From: an uncultured Gemmatimonadales bacterium
GTDB lineage: Bacteria > Gemmatimonadota > Gemmatimonadetes > Gemmatimonadales > GWC2-71-9
Direction of reading: 5' to 3'
Length of the DNA: 64,000 bases
Assembly (NCBI GenBank): GCA_963697755.1
Contig: CAVOPE010000008.1
Span: 513,788 to 577,787, forward strand
Below are positions 46,294-57,017 of the stretch, piece after piece. The notes under the pieces were generated by a model. That model did no database searches, had not been told where the DNA came from, and saw nothing but the letters and a program-made list of their open reading frames with translations. Both the position numbers and the translations under genes were made by a program. Numbering within the stretch: the first letter of the stretch is position 1; every line of letters starts with the position of its first letter.

Positions 46294-47364
46294 ATGCCGG
46301 ACCTACGTAGGGCTCAACCAGATTACGCTCTGAACCCGTTTCGACTGAGCCGCCTGCTGGCGGTGACGTTGATGCTTGCCGTCGGCGCATGCGGCGGCGG
46401 CAGCGGGGATGCAGCACTACCTCCCGGGGGTGGCGACCCGACGTCGCCGGAGCCGCCCTCGACGCCCGAACCGCCGCCCACGTCACCGGAGCCGCCCGCC
46501 GCCCCGCCACCGGCTCCCCCACTTCCACCGAGCAGCCCGCCCGTTCACGCCGGAATTCCGTTCGGCCCGAACGTGTACACCAAGCACGAGAGCTCCACCT
46601 CGATCATACCACCGTCGGGCATCGATCCCGCGTTCACCGGGCTGGTGACGGCCGCCTATCCCCCGACCCTGATCGCCAAACTGGAAGCGGCTCGCCGGGT
46701 CAACGGCCGGGTGCTCCTCAGTTTCGCCGGCAATTCCGACTTCTACCGTGATAGCAACGGATTCAATCTGTCGATGTGGAAGGCAAAGACCGATCGGTTT
46801 CGGGGCATCGATATCTCGTCCTACATCGCCGACGGCACACTGATGGGCAATTTCCTCATGGACGAGCCGAGCGATCCCAAGAACTGGTTTGGTCACCAGG
46901 TCTCGCGGGCGGACATCGACGAAATGGCCAGGTACAGCAAGGAGATATGGCCTGATCTGCCCGCCATCATCCGCGGTTGGCCGTGGTATCTGAAGGGCTA
47001 TCAGTACAAGTATCTGGACGCCGCCTGGGCCCAGTACCACGCGCGCTTCGGCTCCATCGACGACTTCATCGCCACCAACAGTCGTGACGCGAAGGACCTT
47101 GGATTGTCACTGGTCATCGGCCTGAACGCGCTGTCCGGCGGCGGCGAGCACGGAATGCAGGGTTTCTATAAGGACAAGTTTTCGATGACTGCCTCGCAAT
47201 TGAAAACCTGGGGCGGCACCCTGCTTGCCCAGCCGTACGGCTGCGCCTTCTTCATGTTCAGGTACGACACGGTCTACTTCGCTCGGCCCGATATCCGAGA
47301 GGCCATGGCCGAGCTGAGCCAGAAGGCGCAGAGTCTTCCGGTCCAACCGTGCCGGAGGTTGTGA
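46294..47364 (+). CDS. Hypothetical lipoprotein with Pro-rich linker
   Basis: Trimmed to the ATG at 46294. It has a lipobox (LAVGAC) and a PEPP-rich linker. The globular domain is of unknown function. Confidence 0.6.
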   Translation: MPDLRRAQPDYALNPFRLSRLLAVTLMLAVGACGGGSGDAALPPGGGDPTSPEPPSTPEPPPTSPEPPAAPPPAPPLPPSSPPVHAGIPFGPNVYTKHESSTSIIPPSGIDPAFTGLVTAAYPPTLIAKLEAARRVNGRVLLSFAGNSDFYRDSNGFNLSMWKAKTDRFRGIDISSYIADGTLMGNFLMDEPSDPKNWFGHQVSRADIDEMARYSKEIWPDLPAIIRGWPWYLKGYQYKYLDAAWAQYHARFGSIDDFIATNSRDAKDLGLSLVIGLNALSGGGEHGMQGFYKDKFSMTASQLKTWGGTLLAQPYGCAFFMFRYDTVYFARPDIREAMAELSQKAQSLPVQPCRRL

Positions 47365-47530
47365 CCCGGTAGTTGGCCCTCTGCGCGGGAGCTCCGCCGC
47401 GCAGGGGGACCGGCAAGCATCGCTCGAGTGCCCGGCCGCCACGCCGGGCTTTTTCGTGAGCGAGCATCGGCGGAGCCGTTGCCCCGCGCTCAGCGCCATC
47501 GTATGATGGGCGACCCGTCTCGCAGGGGGC

Positions 47531-50500
47531 GTGCCCCTGGTTGCACCGCTCCTCTCCCTCGCCCTTTCGGTTCTCGTCGCGGCTCGCATCGACACCACCG
47601 ATGCGGCCAGGCTCGTCGTGCGCCGGGCACAGCAGGCCGTCGAGGGCGATAGCGTCGCCCGTGTCCAGGCGCGCTGGTCCGCACGTCTGCATCAGGATTC
47701 CACCGATCGCCCGGGGCGGCTCGGGCTCGCCACCCTCGCGCGGCTCCGCTACGACTATCCCGCCGCCGAACGGCTCTACGCCCAGCTGTTCGACGCCGAC
47801 TCGCTGCATCCCGACGCCTATGCGGCCTACGCCCGTCTCGGCCGCGCCTGGTCGCTCGAGGAGCGCGGCCAGAGCGACGCCGCGGCTGAGGAGTTCGCGC
47901 GCGCGCGACTGATGGCGCGCGCCGCGGGCGACCCGGCGGCCGAGGCGGAGGCGCTGATCGGGCGCTCGTTCGCCCGCGGCGCCGTCGAGGGGATGGCGAT
48001 GGTGATGGCGACCCTCGACACGGCGGGCACCCTCATCCCCGCATCCGCGCTCGATCTGCAGGCGGAGCGCCGGTGGCGCCGCGCCCTGGTCCGAGGCCTT
48101 CTGGCCGACCCGGGCGCCACGGCGGAAGCGGCGGCCGCCGTCGAGCTCGCCCGGCGAGCGGGGGACCCGCGGGTCGAGGCACAGGCGCTTCGGGGTCTCG
48201 CGAAAGTGCTGGACTGGCGAGGGCAGGAGGACTCGGCGCTCGTCGCGTTCCGCGAGGCCGAGCAGCGGTTCCGGCAAGCGCGGGAGCACAGCTGGCTCGC
48301 CGTCACGCTGATGAACCGAGGCAACTCCTTGCGCAAGCGGGGCGATCTGGGCGAGACGATGGAGGCTCTGCGCGCCGCGCTCGCCGAAGGCGAGCTGTCG
48401 CACAACCTCTGGGCGGTCGCCAGCGCGCACACCGGTCTCGGGGTCGTCGCCATGCAGCTCAACGACCCCACCACGGCCGCGCAGCACCTGCATCGGGCCG
48501 TCGCCATGTTCGAGGCGCAGGGCGACCGGTCGAGCGCGATGAGCGCGCGCAAGTTCCTGCCGCTGGTCGCCGTCGCCGAGGGCGACTTCTCCACGGCCCG
48601 TCGGCAGACGCTCGAGGCGCTGGCGTTCTATCAGGGAACCGGGGAGACGCTGGACCAGTTCGGGGCGTATCAGACGCTCGCCACGATCGCGATCCGCGAG
48701 CGGGATTGGGCCGCGGCCGACCGTGCGCTGACCGACGCGCGCGCGCTCCTCCCGAAGCTCGATGGACCGCAGTGGGGCGGGGCGCTGGCCTACGACCAGG
48801 GACGGTTGGCGCTCGCCCGCGGCGAGCTGTCGACGGCGGAGCGGTCGTTCAAGCGCCTGCTCGGGACGCTCGACGGCACCCAGCACCTCTCCCGCTACGA
48901 TGCGCGGCTGCGCCTGGCCGATACCTATGCCCGGGGTCGCCACCTCCGGGCGGCCGAGCGCGAAGCCACGTCGGCGTGGGACGAGCTCGACCGGTGGCGC
49001 GCGACCCTGACCGATCGCGAGCTCAGACTGCTCGCCTTTCAGGTCGTCAGCAGCGAGAACGAGGTGTCGCCCGCCAACCTGAGCGAGCAGCGCGCGAGCG
49101 TGGCGCGCGTGCTGGCCGCGCTCGCCGCCGGTGGTGAAGCGGCGCGTGCGTTCGAGCTGGCGGAGCGCCGGCGCGCACGAGAGCTCATGGACCGACTGGT
49201 GCGGGCGCAGGCGCTCCGCACGGACTCTTCGGCCGCCTCCGGCCAACCTTCAGCGCCACGGCAGGCGCCGGCGCTTTCGGCGGGCGACATCGCCGCGCTG
49301 ATCCCCGATCAACGTACCGCGATCCTGGAGTACGTCACCGGGGGGCTGGGTGCGCCCACGACGCTGTTCGTGCTGACACGGTCGGCTCAGGGCGCCGCAG
49401 CCGTTCGCGCGCGCATCATGCCGCCGGCCGATTCGCTCGCCGGGGCGCTCTCGCGATTTCTGGCGTTGCTGCAGCACGGGGACGAGCTGGGTCCGGTCGC
49501 GCGCGACTTGGGCAGAGTGCTGCTGGATCCGGCGTTGGCCGACCTCGGCGCCGGCGTCACCCGGCTCATCGTGATCCCGGATGGGCCCCTGCACCGGGTG
49601 CCATGGGATCTGCTGCGTCTCCCCGACGGGCGGTACCTGATCGAGCAATACGCGGTGAGCGTCGCCCCCTCCGCGGCCATCCTCGCGACACTCTGGCGCC
49701 ACCCGAGAGTGCCGCCGGCGGACCGCCCCGTGCCGCTGCTCGCCTTCGGCGATCCGACCTTTGCAGGGGAGGCCGGAGCGGGTTCAGCGTCCGACGGGGC
49801 GCCAACCGAGGCCGCACTCGACCCCACGCCGGGGTTGCCGCGCCTCGCGGGATCGGGTCGCGAAGCACGGCTCGTGGCCCGCTACTCGACCGACGCGGAG
49901 GTCCGGCTCCGCCGTGAGGCCAGCGCCGGGTACCTCAAGCACACGCCGCTCGAGCGCTTCCGCGTCATCCACTTCGCCACCCACGCCGTGGTCGACGAGC
50001 GCTCGGTGACCCGCACGGTGCTGGCGCTGGCGCCCGACGGCGGCGACAACGGCCTGGTCGGGCCGGGCGATCTGGCCGCGCTCAGGCTCGACGCGGACCT
50101 GGTCGTGCTCTCCGGGTGCCGCACGGCGGGCGGCGTGCTGGTGGAAGGCGAAGGCGTCCAGGGGCTCACGGCGCCGCTGATCCAGGCCGGGGCGCGCAGC
50201 GTCGTCGCGAGCCAATGGCGCATCGGCGATCAGAGCACCATCGCGTTCGTTCAAGACTTCTATCAGGCGCTCGCGAAAGGTCTCCCCGTCGGAGATGCGC
50301 TCCGCGCGGCCAAGCTCGACGCGCTCCGTGGCGGCGCATCGCCCAGGTCGTGGGCGGCATTCACCCTCGTCGGCGACCCGCTGGTCGGGATCCCGCTCAC
50401 GACCTCGCGGCCCGAGCCCTGGCGACCAGCCGTGCTGGTAGCCGCGCTGGTGACCGCGCTGGTGCTCGGGGCGACGGGTATCGCCTACGCGCGGCGCCGG

Positions 50501-50548
50501 CGGGTGGCCGATGGGGCACGGCTCGGCAATACCGCCCAGAGCCGCTGA
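47531..50548 (+). CDS. TPR-repeat CHAT-domain protein with C-terminal TM anchor
   Basis: 1005 aa. After a signal-like N-terminus and many TPR-like repeats comes the CHAT core (VIHFATHAVVD...LVVLSGCRTAGG...ARSVVASQWRIGD), then a hydrophobic segment. Confidence 0.85.
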   Translation: MPLVAPLLSLALSVLVAARIDTTDAARLVVRRAQQAVEGDSVARVQARWSARLHQDSTDRPGRLGLATLARLRYDYPAAERLYAQLFDADSLHPDAYAAYARLGRAWSLEERGQSDAAAEEFARARLMARAAGDPAAEAEALIGRSFARGAVEGMAMVMATLDTAGTLIPASALDLQAERRWRRALVRGLLADPGATAEAAAAVELARRAGDPRVEAQALRGLAKVLDWRGQEDSALVAFREAEQRFRQAREHSWLAVTLMNRGNSLRKRGDLGETMEALRAALAEGELSHNLWAVASAHTGLGVVAMQLNDPTTAAQHLHRAVAMFEAQGDRSSAMSARKFLPLVAVAEGDFSTARRQTLEALAFYQGTGETLDQFGAYQTLATIAIRERDWAAADRALTDARALLPKLDGPQWGGALAYDQGRLALARGELSTAERSFKRLLGTLDGTQHLSRYDARLRLADTYARGRHLRAAEREATSAWDELDRWRATLTDRELRLLAFQVVSSENEVSPANLSEQRASVARVLAALAAGGEAARAFELAERRRARELMDRLVRAQALRTDSSAASGQPSAPRQAPALSAGDIAALIPDQRTAILEYVTGGLGAPTTLFVLTRSAQGAAAVRARIMPPADSLAGALSRFLALLQHGDELGPVARDLGRVLLDPALADLGAGVTRLIVIPDGPLHRVPWDLLRLPDGRYLIEQYAVSVAPSAAILATLWRHPRVPPADRPVPLLAFGDPTFAGEAGAGSASDGAPTEAALDPTPGLPRLAGSGREARLVARYSTDAEVRLRREASAGYLKHTPLERFRVIHFATHAVVDERSVTRTVLALAPDGGDNGLVGPGDLAALRLDADLVVLSGCRTAGGVLVEGEGVQGLTAPLIQAGARSVVASQWRIGDQSTIAFVQDFYQALAKGLPVGDALRAAKLDALRGGASPRSWAAFTLVGDPLVGIPLTTSRPEPWRPAVLVAALVTALVLGATGIAYARRRRVADGARLGNTAQSR

Positions 50549-50599
50549 GGTAGACAACCTTCGACACGCGCCCGCGGTCTCTCCGCGGGCGTTTGTGGC

Positions 50600-53078
50600 T
50601 CAGACCGCCACGCGATCCCCCGACCGCTCCAGCGAGACGTGCACCGACTTGTACGCCGGCTGGTTGCTCTGCGCCGCCACGCTGCCGAGCGGGACGAGCA
50701 CGTTGCCCTCCGGGTAGTACACGGCCACGCACCGCCGGGGAATGGAGTAGGACACCAGCTGGAACTGCCGCGCCACGCGCTGCTCGTTCTCGAAGTGGCT
50801 CGTGATGTCCACCCGCTGCCCACTCGACCAGCCGCGCGCCGCCAGGTCCTCCGGATTCATGAACAGCACCCGCCGGCCGCCGTGCACCCCGCGGTAGCGG
50901 TCGTGCAGGCCGTAGATCGTGGTGTTGAACTGGTCGTGACTCCGAATGGTCATGAGCAGATACTGGTCGGCCCCGAGGTCATGCGCCGAGATCGGGGCGA
51001 CCGCGAAGTGGGCCTTGCCGGTCGAGGTGACGAACTTGCGCTCGCGCGGAGGGTTCGGCAGGTAGAAGGTCCCCTTGGCGATGCGGTTGTTGAAATCCTC
51101 GAAGCCGCGGATGACGCGGGCGATCCGGTCACGCACCTTGCCGTAATTGCCCGCAAGCGCGTCCCAGTCGACGGTCGAGTGGCGCCCCAGCGTGGCCTTC
51201 GCGATCCCGGCGATGATCGCGGCCTCGCTGCGGAGGTTGGGCGCCACCGGCTCCTGCCGGCCGGTGGACGAGCTCACCACGCCCATGGCGTCCTCGACCG
51301 TGAGAAATCCGCCGGGATCCTGTTCGGAGCGACCGAGGCACGGCAGGATGAGCGACTGCCGGCCGGTCACCAGGTGCGAGCGGTTGAGCTTGGTGCCGAT
51401 GTGCACGGTGAGCCGACACCGTCGCAGCGCTTCCGCCGTACAGACGGTGTCGGGCGTGGCCGAGAGGAAGTTGCCGCCCAGCGAACGAAGATCTCGATCT
51501 CGCCCTCGTGCATCGCGGCGATCGTGTCCACCGTGTCGTGTCCCGGATTCCGCGGCGACTTGAAGCCGAACTCGCGGTCCAGCGCGTCGAGGAACGGCCC
51601 CGGCGGCCGCTCCCAGACGCCCATGGTGCGGTCGCCCTGGACGTTGGAGTGGCCGCGGACACAGCAGGTCCCGGCGCCCGGCCGGCCGATGTGGCCGCCC
51701 AGGAGGAGCAGGTTCACCAGCGTGCGGATGGTGGCCACCGCGTCGCGGTGCTGGGTGAGGCCCATGGCCCAGCAGGCGATCATCCGCTTCGACCCGGCGA
51801 TCATCCGCCCGGCGCGCTCGATCTCCTCGCGCGAGAGGCCGCACCCGTCCACGATGTCCTGCCAGCTCGTCGCCTCGAGGTCGGCGTACAGCTCCTCGAA
51901 GCCGTCGGTGTAGTCGCGGATGAAGGCGTGATCGATGACGTCGCCCTTCACCGCGTCCTCGTCCAGGATCACCTTCATCAGGCCTTTGAGCAGGGCGATG
52001 TCACCGTTGATGCGGACCGGGAGGTGCAGGTCGGCCAGCGGGTCGCCCGGCCGAGCAGATGGGCCGCGAAGTGGAGCGGCGTCTTGTACTCGTCCGGGTT
52101 CGGGTCGTTGAAGCGCAGGAAGCCCGGCTCGGGCAGCGGGTTGATGGCGATGATCCTCGCGCCGTGCTTCTTGGCGTGCTCGAGCGAGGTCAGCATCCGG
52201 GGATGGTTGGTGCCGGGGTTCTGCCCGACGATGAGGATCAGATCGGTCTGCTCGAAGTCGTTGAGCGTGACCGAGCCCTTGCCGATGCCCAGGCTCTCCA
52301 TCAGCGCCGTGCCCGACGACTCGTGGCACATGTTCGAGCAGTCGGGCAGATTGTTGGTGCCGAACTGGCGCGCGAAGAGCTGATACAGGAATGCGGCCTC
52401 GTTGCTCGCCCGGCCGGAGGTGTAGAAGGTGGCCCCGTTGGGAGACTCGAGCTGGCGAAGCTCCGAGCCGATGAGGTCGAACGCTTCGTCCCACGAGATC
52501 GGCTCGTAGTGGGCGCAGCCCTCGCGCCGAAGCATCGGCTCGACCAGCCGTCCCTGCGCGTTGAGCCAGTGATCGGACTGGGCCGCCAGCGCGTCGACGG
52601 ACCAGTCGGCGAAGAACTCGGCTCCGATCACCCGGTTCATGCCCTCGTCGGCCATGGCCTTCGCGCCGTTCTCGCAGAACTCGAACTGGTGCCGCTTGCC
52701 GTCGGGCGACGGCCAGGCGCAGCTCTGGCAGTCGAAGCCGTTCTTCTGGTTGACCGCCAGGAACGTCTGCATGGTCTTCCGGAGGCCCATCTTGGGCAGG
52801 GCGACCCGGAAGCTGCTCGCGATGGCCGGAAGTCCGGCGGCGGTGTGCGAGCCTCCGCGGATGCGGGCCGGCTCGGTCTCGACTGGCGTCTGGGCCCGCA
52901 TGGCCGTGATATCGCCCCGCGCCGTGGCGTCGCAGCAGCGATCCATCGCGGAGTGCACGGCCGGGGCGAGCGTGGAGTCGGGCCGGGGCGAGTGGGTCGG
53001 GAAGAAGCCGTTCGCCAGGAACGAAAGGGTATCGACGCCGGGCACGTCGCCCGGGCCGGACTGTGCGTCGTCAGCCAC
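50600..53078 (-). pseudogene. YdeP/FdhF-like molybdopterin oxidoreductase, two frameshifts (about 52050 and about 51485)
   Basis: Three overlapping track ORFs join as ...TPLHFAAHLLGR/GDPLADLHLPVRINGD... and ...AMHEGEIEIFV/SLGGNFLSATPD.... The N-terminal part contains NGFDCQSCAWP and SNMCHESSG. Confidence 0.8.
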
Positions 53079-53208
53079 GGTCAGACCTCGTATCGTGAAG
53101 GAAAGGCATCATCACAATCGAAGTATAGGCGCGCCCGGCGCGCCCGGATGCGCGTCTCGTCACAAGCCGGCAGGGCGCCGGCGTCCGCGCTTCGACATCT
53201 TGTGGAGC

Positions 53209-54330
53209 ATGCGCATGCGAGTGATTCCGGCCCCCTGGTCGGGGCGGGCAATTCGGCGGGCATCGATGGCCGGTGGAGGATTCTGGCTCAGCCTCCTGGT
53301 CCTCTGGACCGGAACCGCAACGGCCCAGTCGGCCGCTCTCAGCACGCCGCCGAGCGACAGCGCGGACGCCGCCATGCGGAGTGCCCTCGCGAGCGCGCTC
53401 CAGGCACGTGGCAACGAGGCCGTAGCGGCCCTGCGGGCGCTCGATTCGACCAGCCTGTCCGAGCGCTATCGGCCGACCCGGCGGTGCATGCTCGAGCGGC
53501 TGGGCGCCCGCCGCCTGCCCGCACCGGCGGTGTCGGACCCGGTCGTGGGCGCGGTGCTCGACACCTATCGCGAATACTGGCTTCGCTCGCTCCTCGCGGA
53601 GCAGCCGGCCGCGGCGAACGAGCGGTGGCTGCTCGATTCCCTGAACGCCCTGGTCCAGCGGAACCGCGGCCAGGCCGCGGCCAGCCTCGACGACCTCGAG
53701 CCGGCCCTGACCGCTCTGATCGAGCCGCGCGGCTACCACCTGCTCCTCGGCGTGACCAGCCCGCTCCGCGAGCTCATGCTGTGGCACACCGAGCGGGCAA
53801 CCACGTACGACGTAAAGCTACCCGAGGGCACCCAACCGGTGACCGTGGTCTTCATGGACGACTTCGCCAGCCTCGGCTGGGCCGGCTTCGCCACCTGCGA
53901 CCGGCACCACACCGGCGGATGGACCAAACCCGACCGACTGTACGCGGTGCGTAGCGCGTATGACCTAGGCAGCGAGAACTTCCGGGTGAGCTACCTCGCG
54001 CACGAGGCGCAGCACTTCTCCGACAACCACCGGTTCCCGAAGCTCGAGCGGCAGGACCAGCTCGAGTACCGCGCCAAGTTGGTCGAGCTGGCCGAGGCGG
54101 ACAGCACCGTCTACGATCTGCTCGACAACTTCGGGTCCAACGTGAGCCAGGACGTATCCGTGCCGCACAGCTACGCCAATGGACGAGTCGTCCGCGACCT
54201 GCGACAGCGACTCTTCCGGGCGGCCGCGGCGCCCGCGTGGCGGCAGGCGAGCGTCGGCAAGATCAACGCGGCGGCCGCCGAGCTGCTGCGGCTCGACACG
54301 GCGAGACTGAGCCGGACGGGCGGCCAGTAG
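53209..54330 (+). CDS. Hypothetical secreted protein (HEAQH motif)
   Basis: Trimmed to the ATG at 53209 (alternative 53266), because the upstream part of the track ORF is antisense to the YdeP-like gene. It has a signal peptide (WLSLLVLWTGTATAQS) and a possible HExxH. Confidence 0.55.
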   Translation: MRMRVIPAPWSGRAIRRASMAGGGFWLSLLVLWTGTATAQSAALSTPPSDSADAAMRSALASALQARGNEAVAALRALDSTSLSERYRPTRRCMLERLGARRLPAPAVSDPVVGAVLDTYREYWLRSLLAEQPAAANERWLLDSLNALVQRNRGQAAASLDDLEPALTALIEPRGYHLLLGVTSPLRELMLWHTERATTYDVKLPEGTQPVTVVFMDDFASLGWAGFATCDRHHTGGWTKPDRLYAVRSAYDLGSENFRVSYLAHEAQHFSDNHRFPKLERQDQLEYRAKLVELAEADSTVYDLLDNFGSNVSQDVSVPHSYANGRVVRDLRQRLFRAAAAPAWRQASVGKINAAAAELLRLDTARLSRTGGQ

Positions 54331-54392
54331 CACACCCGCGGCCCTCGCCGCGTTGCCGGGCCCGCCCGGCGCCGGTAAGATTGCCGAACGCC

Positions 54393-55295
54393 ATGCTGCT
54401 CAGGCATCTGCAATACCTCACCGCGCTCGCGCGCGAGCGTCACTTCGCCCGCGCGGCCGCCTCCTGCCACGTCGCCCAGCCGACACTCTCCGCCGGCATC
54501 AAGCAGCTCGAGGAGCAGCTCGGCCTGCTCGTGGTGCAGCGGGGACAACGCTTCGAGGGATTGACGGCGGAGGGCGAGCAGGTCCTGGCGTGGGCCCAGC
54601 GGATCACGGCCGACGCGGAAAGCCTCGAGCAGGAGGCCAGCCGGCTCCGTCAGGCGCTGGAGGGGCGGCTCCGTCTCGGCGTGGTGCCCGCGGCGTTGCC
54701 GGCGGTGCCGATCCTGGCCTCGCCGCTGGCGCGGCGGCACCCTGGGGTGACGCTGACGGTGCTCTCATCCACCTCGATCGACATCCAATCGGGTCTGGAC
54801 GAGTTCAGGCTCGAGGCGGGCATCACCTACCTCGACAACGAGCCGCTGTCGCACGTGCGAACGATCCCGCTCTTCAAGGAGAGATACCTGCTGATCACGC
54901 CGGCCGGCGGCCCATTGGCCGGCCGGACCCGAGTGACTTGGCGGGATGCGGCCTCGCTTCCGCTCTGCCTGCTCACCCCCGACATGCAGAACCGGCGGAT
55001 CCTGAACTCGCACTTCGCCGAGGCGGGCGTCACCGCCAGGCCCGCCCTCGAGACCAACTCGGTGTTTACGCTCTGTACGCTCGTTCGCTCGGGCTATTGG
55101 TCGAGCGTGCTGCCGCACGGGTTTCTGCCGCTGTTGTCGGGCGCACAAGGGATCGCCATCCTGCCGCTGGAAGGGCCACCGGCAGCGCACACGGTCGGGT
55201 TGGTGGTGTCGGACCGGGATCCGCTGCCGCCGACGGCGACGGCCCTGCTGGGCATTCTGGATGGACTCGACTGGTCCCCCATCGCGGGGCGGTGA
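54393..55295 (+). CDS. LysR family transcriptional regulator
   Basis: MLLRHLQYLTALARERHFARAAASCHVAQPTLSAGIKQLEEQLG is the canonical LysR HTH. Trimmed from track start 54237. Confidence 0.9.
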   Translation: MLLRHLQYLTALARERHFARAAASCHVAQPTLSAGIKQLEEQLGLLVVQRGQRFEGLTAEGEQVLAWAQRITADAESLEQEASRLRQALEGRLRLGVVPAALPAVPILASPLARRHPGVTLTVLSSTSIDIQSGLDEFRLEAGITYLDNEPLSHVRTIPLFKERYLLITPAGGPLAGRTRVTWRDAASLPLCLLTPDMQNRRILNSHFAEAGVTARPALETNSVFTLCTLVRSGYWSSVLPHGFLPLLSGAQGIAILPLEGPPAAHTVGLVVSDRDPLPPTATALLGILDGLDWSPIAGR

Positions 55296-55306
55296 TCGAC
55301 GAGTAG

Positions 55307-56173
55307 TCAGCGACCGCCCGCGCCAACCAGCCGCTCCGGGTGCGTGTAGGCGGTGAGCCGCGCCCCCCGGGCGAAACCGACCAGTGTCAGCCCCGACTGC
55401 TGCGCGACCCGCACGGCGAGGCCGGTCGGGCCCGAGATCGCGGCCATGAGCGGGGCGCCGAGAACCGCGGTCTTCTGCACCATCTCGAAGCTGGCGCGGC
55501 TGGTGACCAGCACGAACCCGGTCGCGGGGTCGAGTTTGGCCGCCACCGCCGCGCCGACCAGCTTGTCGAGTGCGTTGTGGCGCCCGACGTCCTCGCGCAC
55601 CAGCTCGAGCGTGCCGTCGGCGTGGGCCCAGGCGGCCGCGTGGACCGCGCCGCTGACGGCGTTGAGCGGCTGCCGATCCGCCAGCGCCTCGAACGCCCGG
55701 TGAACGGCCGTGACTGCGATGGTCCCGTCGGCGCGCACGGGATGGAGCGTCTTGAGCACCGCGTCCACGCCGTCGGCGCCGCAGATCCCGCAGCCGGTGC
55801 GGCCGGTGAGCCGCCGCGTCCGCTCCGCGATCCCCGTGGCGCAGCGCTCGGCGACGAGCGCCTGGATCTCGACCCCTCGGCTGTAGCGGACGACCTGGAG
55901 CGACTCGAGGTCCTCGGGCGACCCGATGAGCTCTTCGGTCAGGCTGAAGCCCAACGCAAAATCCTCGAGGTCGGCCGGCGTGGCCATCATGACGACGTGG
56001 GGGATGCCGTTGTACACGATGGCGACCGGCGTTTCCTCGACCACCGACTCGGTCTGCTCGGTGTGGGTGGCGCCGTCCCATCGGACGCTGGGGGTCTCCA
56101 GCAGCGGCGCGGCATAGCCTAGGCGATACAATCCCATAGGATCGCGGAGTCGCTCAGCATTGGTGCCGTTCAA
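55307..56173 (-). CDS. fdhD: Formate dehydrogenase accessory sulfurtransferase FdhD
   Basis: 288 aa with GRTGCGICG and EDVGRHNALDKL motifs. Confidence 0.9.
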   Translation of the reverse strand: MNGTNAERLRDPMGLYRLGYAAPLLETPSVRWDGATHTEQTESVVEETPVAIVYNGIPHVVMMATPADLEDFALGFSLTEELIGSPEDLESLQVVRYSRGVEIQALVAERCATGIAERTRRLTGRTGCGICGADGVDAVLKTLHPVRADGTIAVTAVHRAFEALADRQPLNAVSGAVHAAAWAHADGTLELVREDVGRHNALDKLVGAAVAAKLDPATGFVLVTSRASFEMVQKTAVLGAPLMAAISGPTGLAVRVAQQSGLTLVGFARGARLTAYTHPERLVGAGGR

Positions 56174-56387
56174 GACGATCCTCCTATGGGCTCCCGGTCC
56201 GCAGGCTGGTCCCGGACCGCAAGATACAGCGACGGCCCGGGCTGCGGCTGCGTTGATAGACGGCGGCTATTCTGTAATATAAGTGATGAATTGGCGATAA
56301 CTTGCGCCGTGGGGGTCGACATGGGCGCCGCCCCTTCCGCGCGCGCGATCGAGCCGACCCACGCCTTCCACCTGCTCCGCTAGCGGC

Positions 56388-57017
56388 TCAGAGCAGGATC
56401 ACCCCCGCCCTCGCCCCTGCCGCCACCGCCTCGGCGCGGGTCGAAACGCCCAGTTTGTGAAATAGCGCGGCCAGATGGGTCTTCACCGTGTGGCTCGAGA
56501 TCCCGAGTCTGGCCGCGATCTGCTTGTTGACCAGTCCTTCCGCCAGCAGCGCGAGAATCTGCGCTTCGCGTGCCGTCAGCGCCTCGGGCGCGGCTACGGC
56601 ATGGGCAGCCGTTGCTTGGGGCGCATCCACCAGCGCGTCAGCCGGCAGCACGACCAGTCCCGCCGCCGCCGCCTCGACTGCCGCGACGATCGCGTCCGCG
56701 CTCGCGGTCCGCGGGAGCACCGCCCGCGCGCCGGCGCGCACGGCCCGCACGGCCCATCCGCGGGGCAGCGCGTCCCCGAGGATCGCGAGCGCCGGCGCCC
56801 GCGCGGCCGAGTCGGGTGGCAGCGCGAGACGGGGCACGTCGGCGCCGCGGTCGATCAGCGCCAGGACGACCTGCGGGGCGGTCTCGTCCAGCCGCCGGCG
56901 CGCGTCCGCCAGCGAGGGGCTGCCGCCGCCGACCGCAACGTGGCCCCGGCTCGCGAGCAGCGCTTCGAGGCCCGCTCGCTCGAGATCCGATTCGGCGACC
57001 ACCAGCACGCGGATCAC
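56388..57017 (-). CDS. LuxR/NarL-family response regulator
   Basis: The GTG at 57017 overlaps the upstream stop (GTGA). It has an N-terminal receiver-like domain and the C-terminal HTH LTAREAQILALLAEGLVNKQIAARLGISSHTVKTHL. Confidence 0.8.
   Translation of the reverse strand: MIRVLVVAESDLERAGLEALLASRGHVAVGGGSPSLADARRRLDETAPQVVLALIDRGADVPRLALPPDSAARAPALAILGDALPRGWAVRAVRAGARAVLPRTASADAIVAAVEAAAAGLVVLPADALVDAPQATAAHAVAAPEALTAREAQILALLAEGLVNKQIAARLGISSHTVKTHLAALFHKLGVSTRAEAVAAGARAGVILL

Noticed and set aside
46440-46545. Pro/Glu/Ser-rich DNA stretch as a repeat element
   Set aside because: It is an in-frame low-complexity linker (PEPPSTPEPPPTSPEPPAAPPPAPPLPP) following the lipobox of the lipoprotein 46294..47364.
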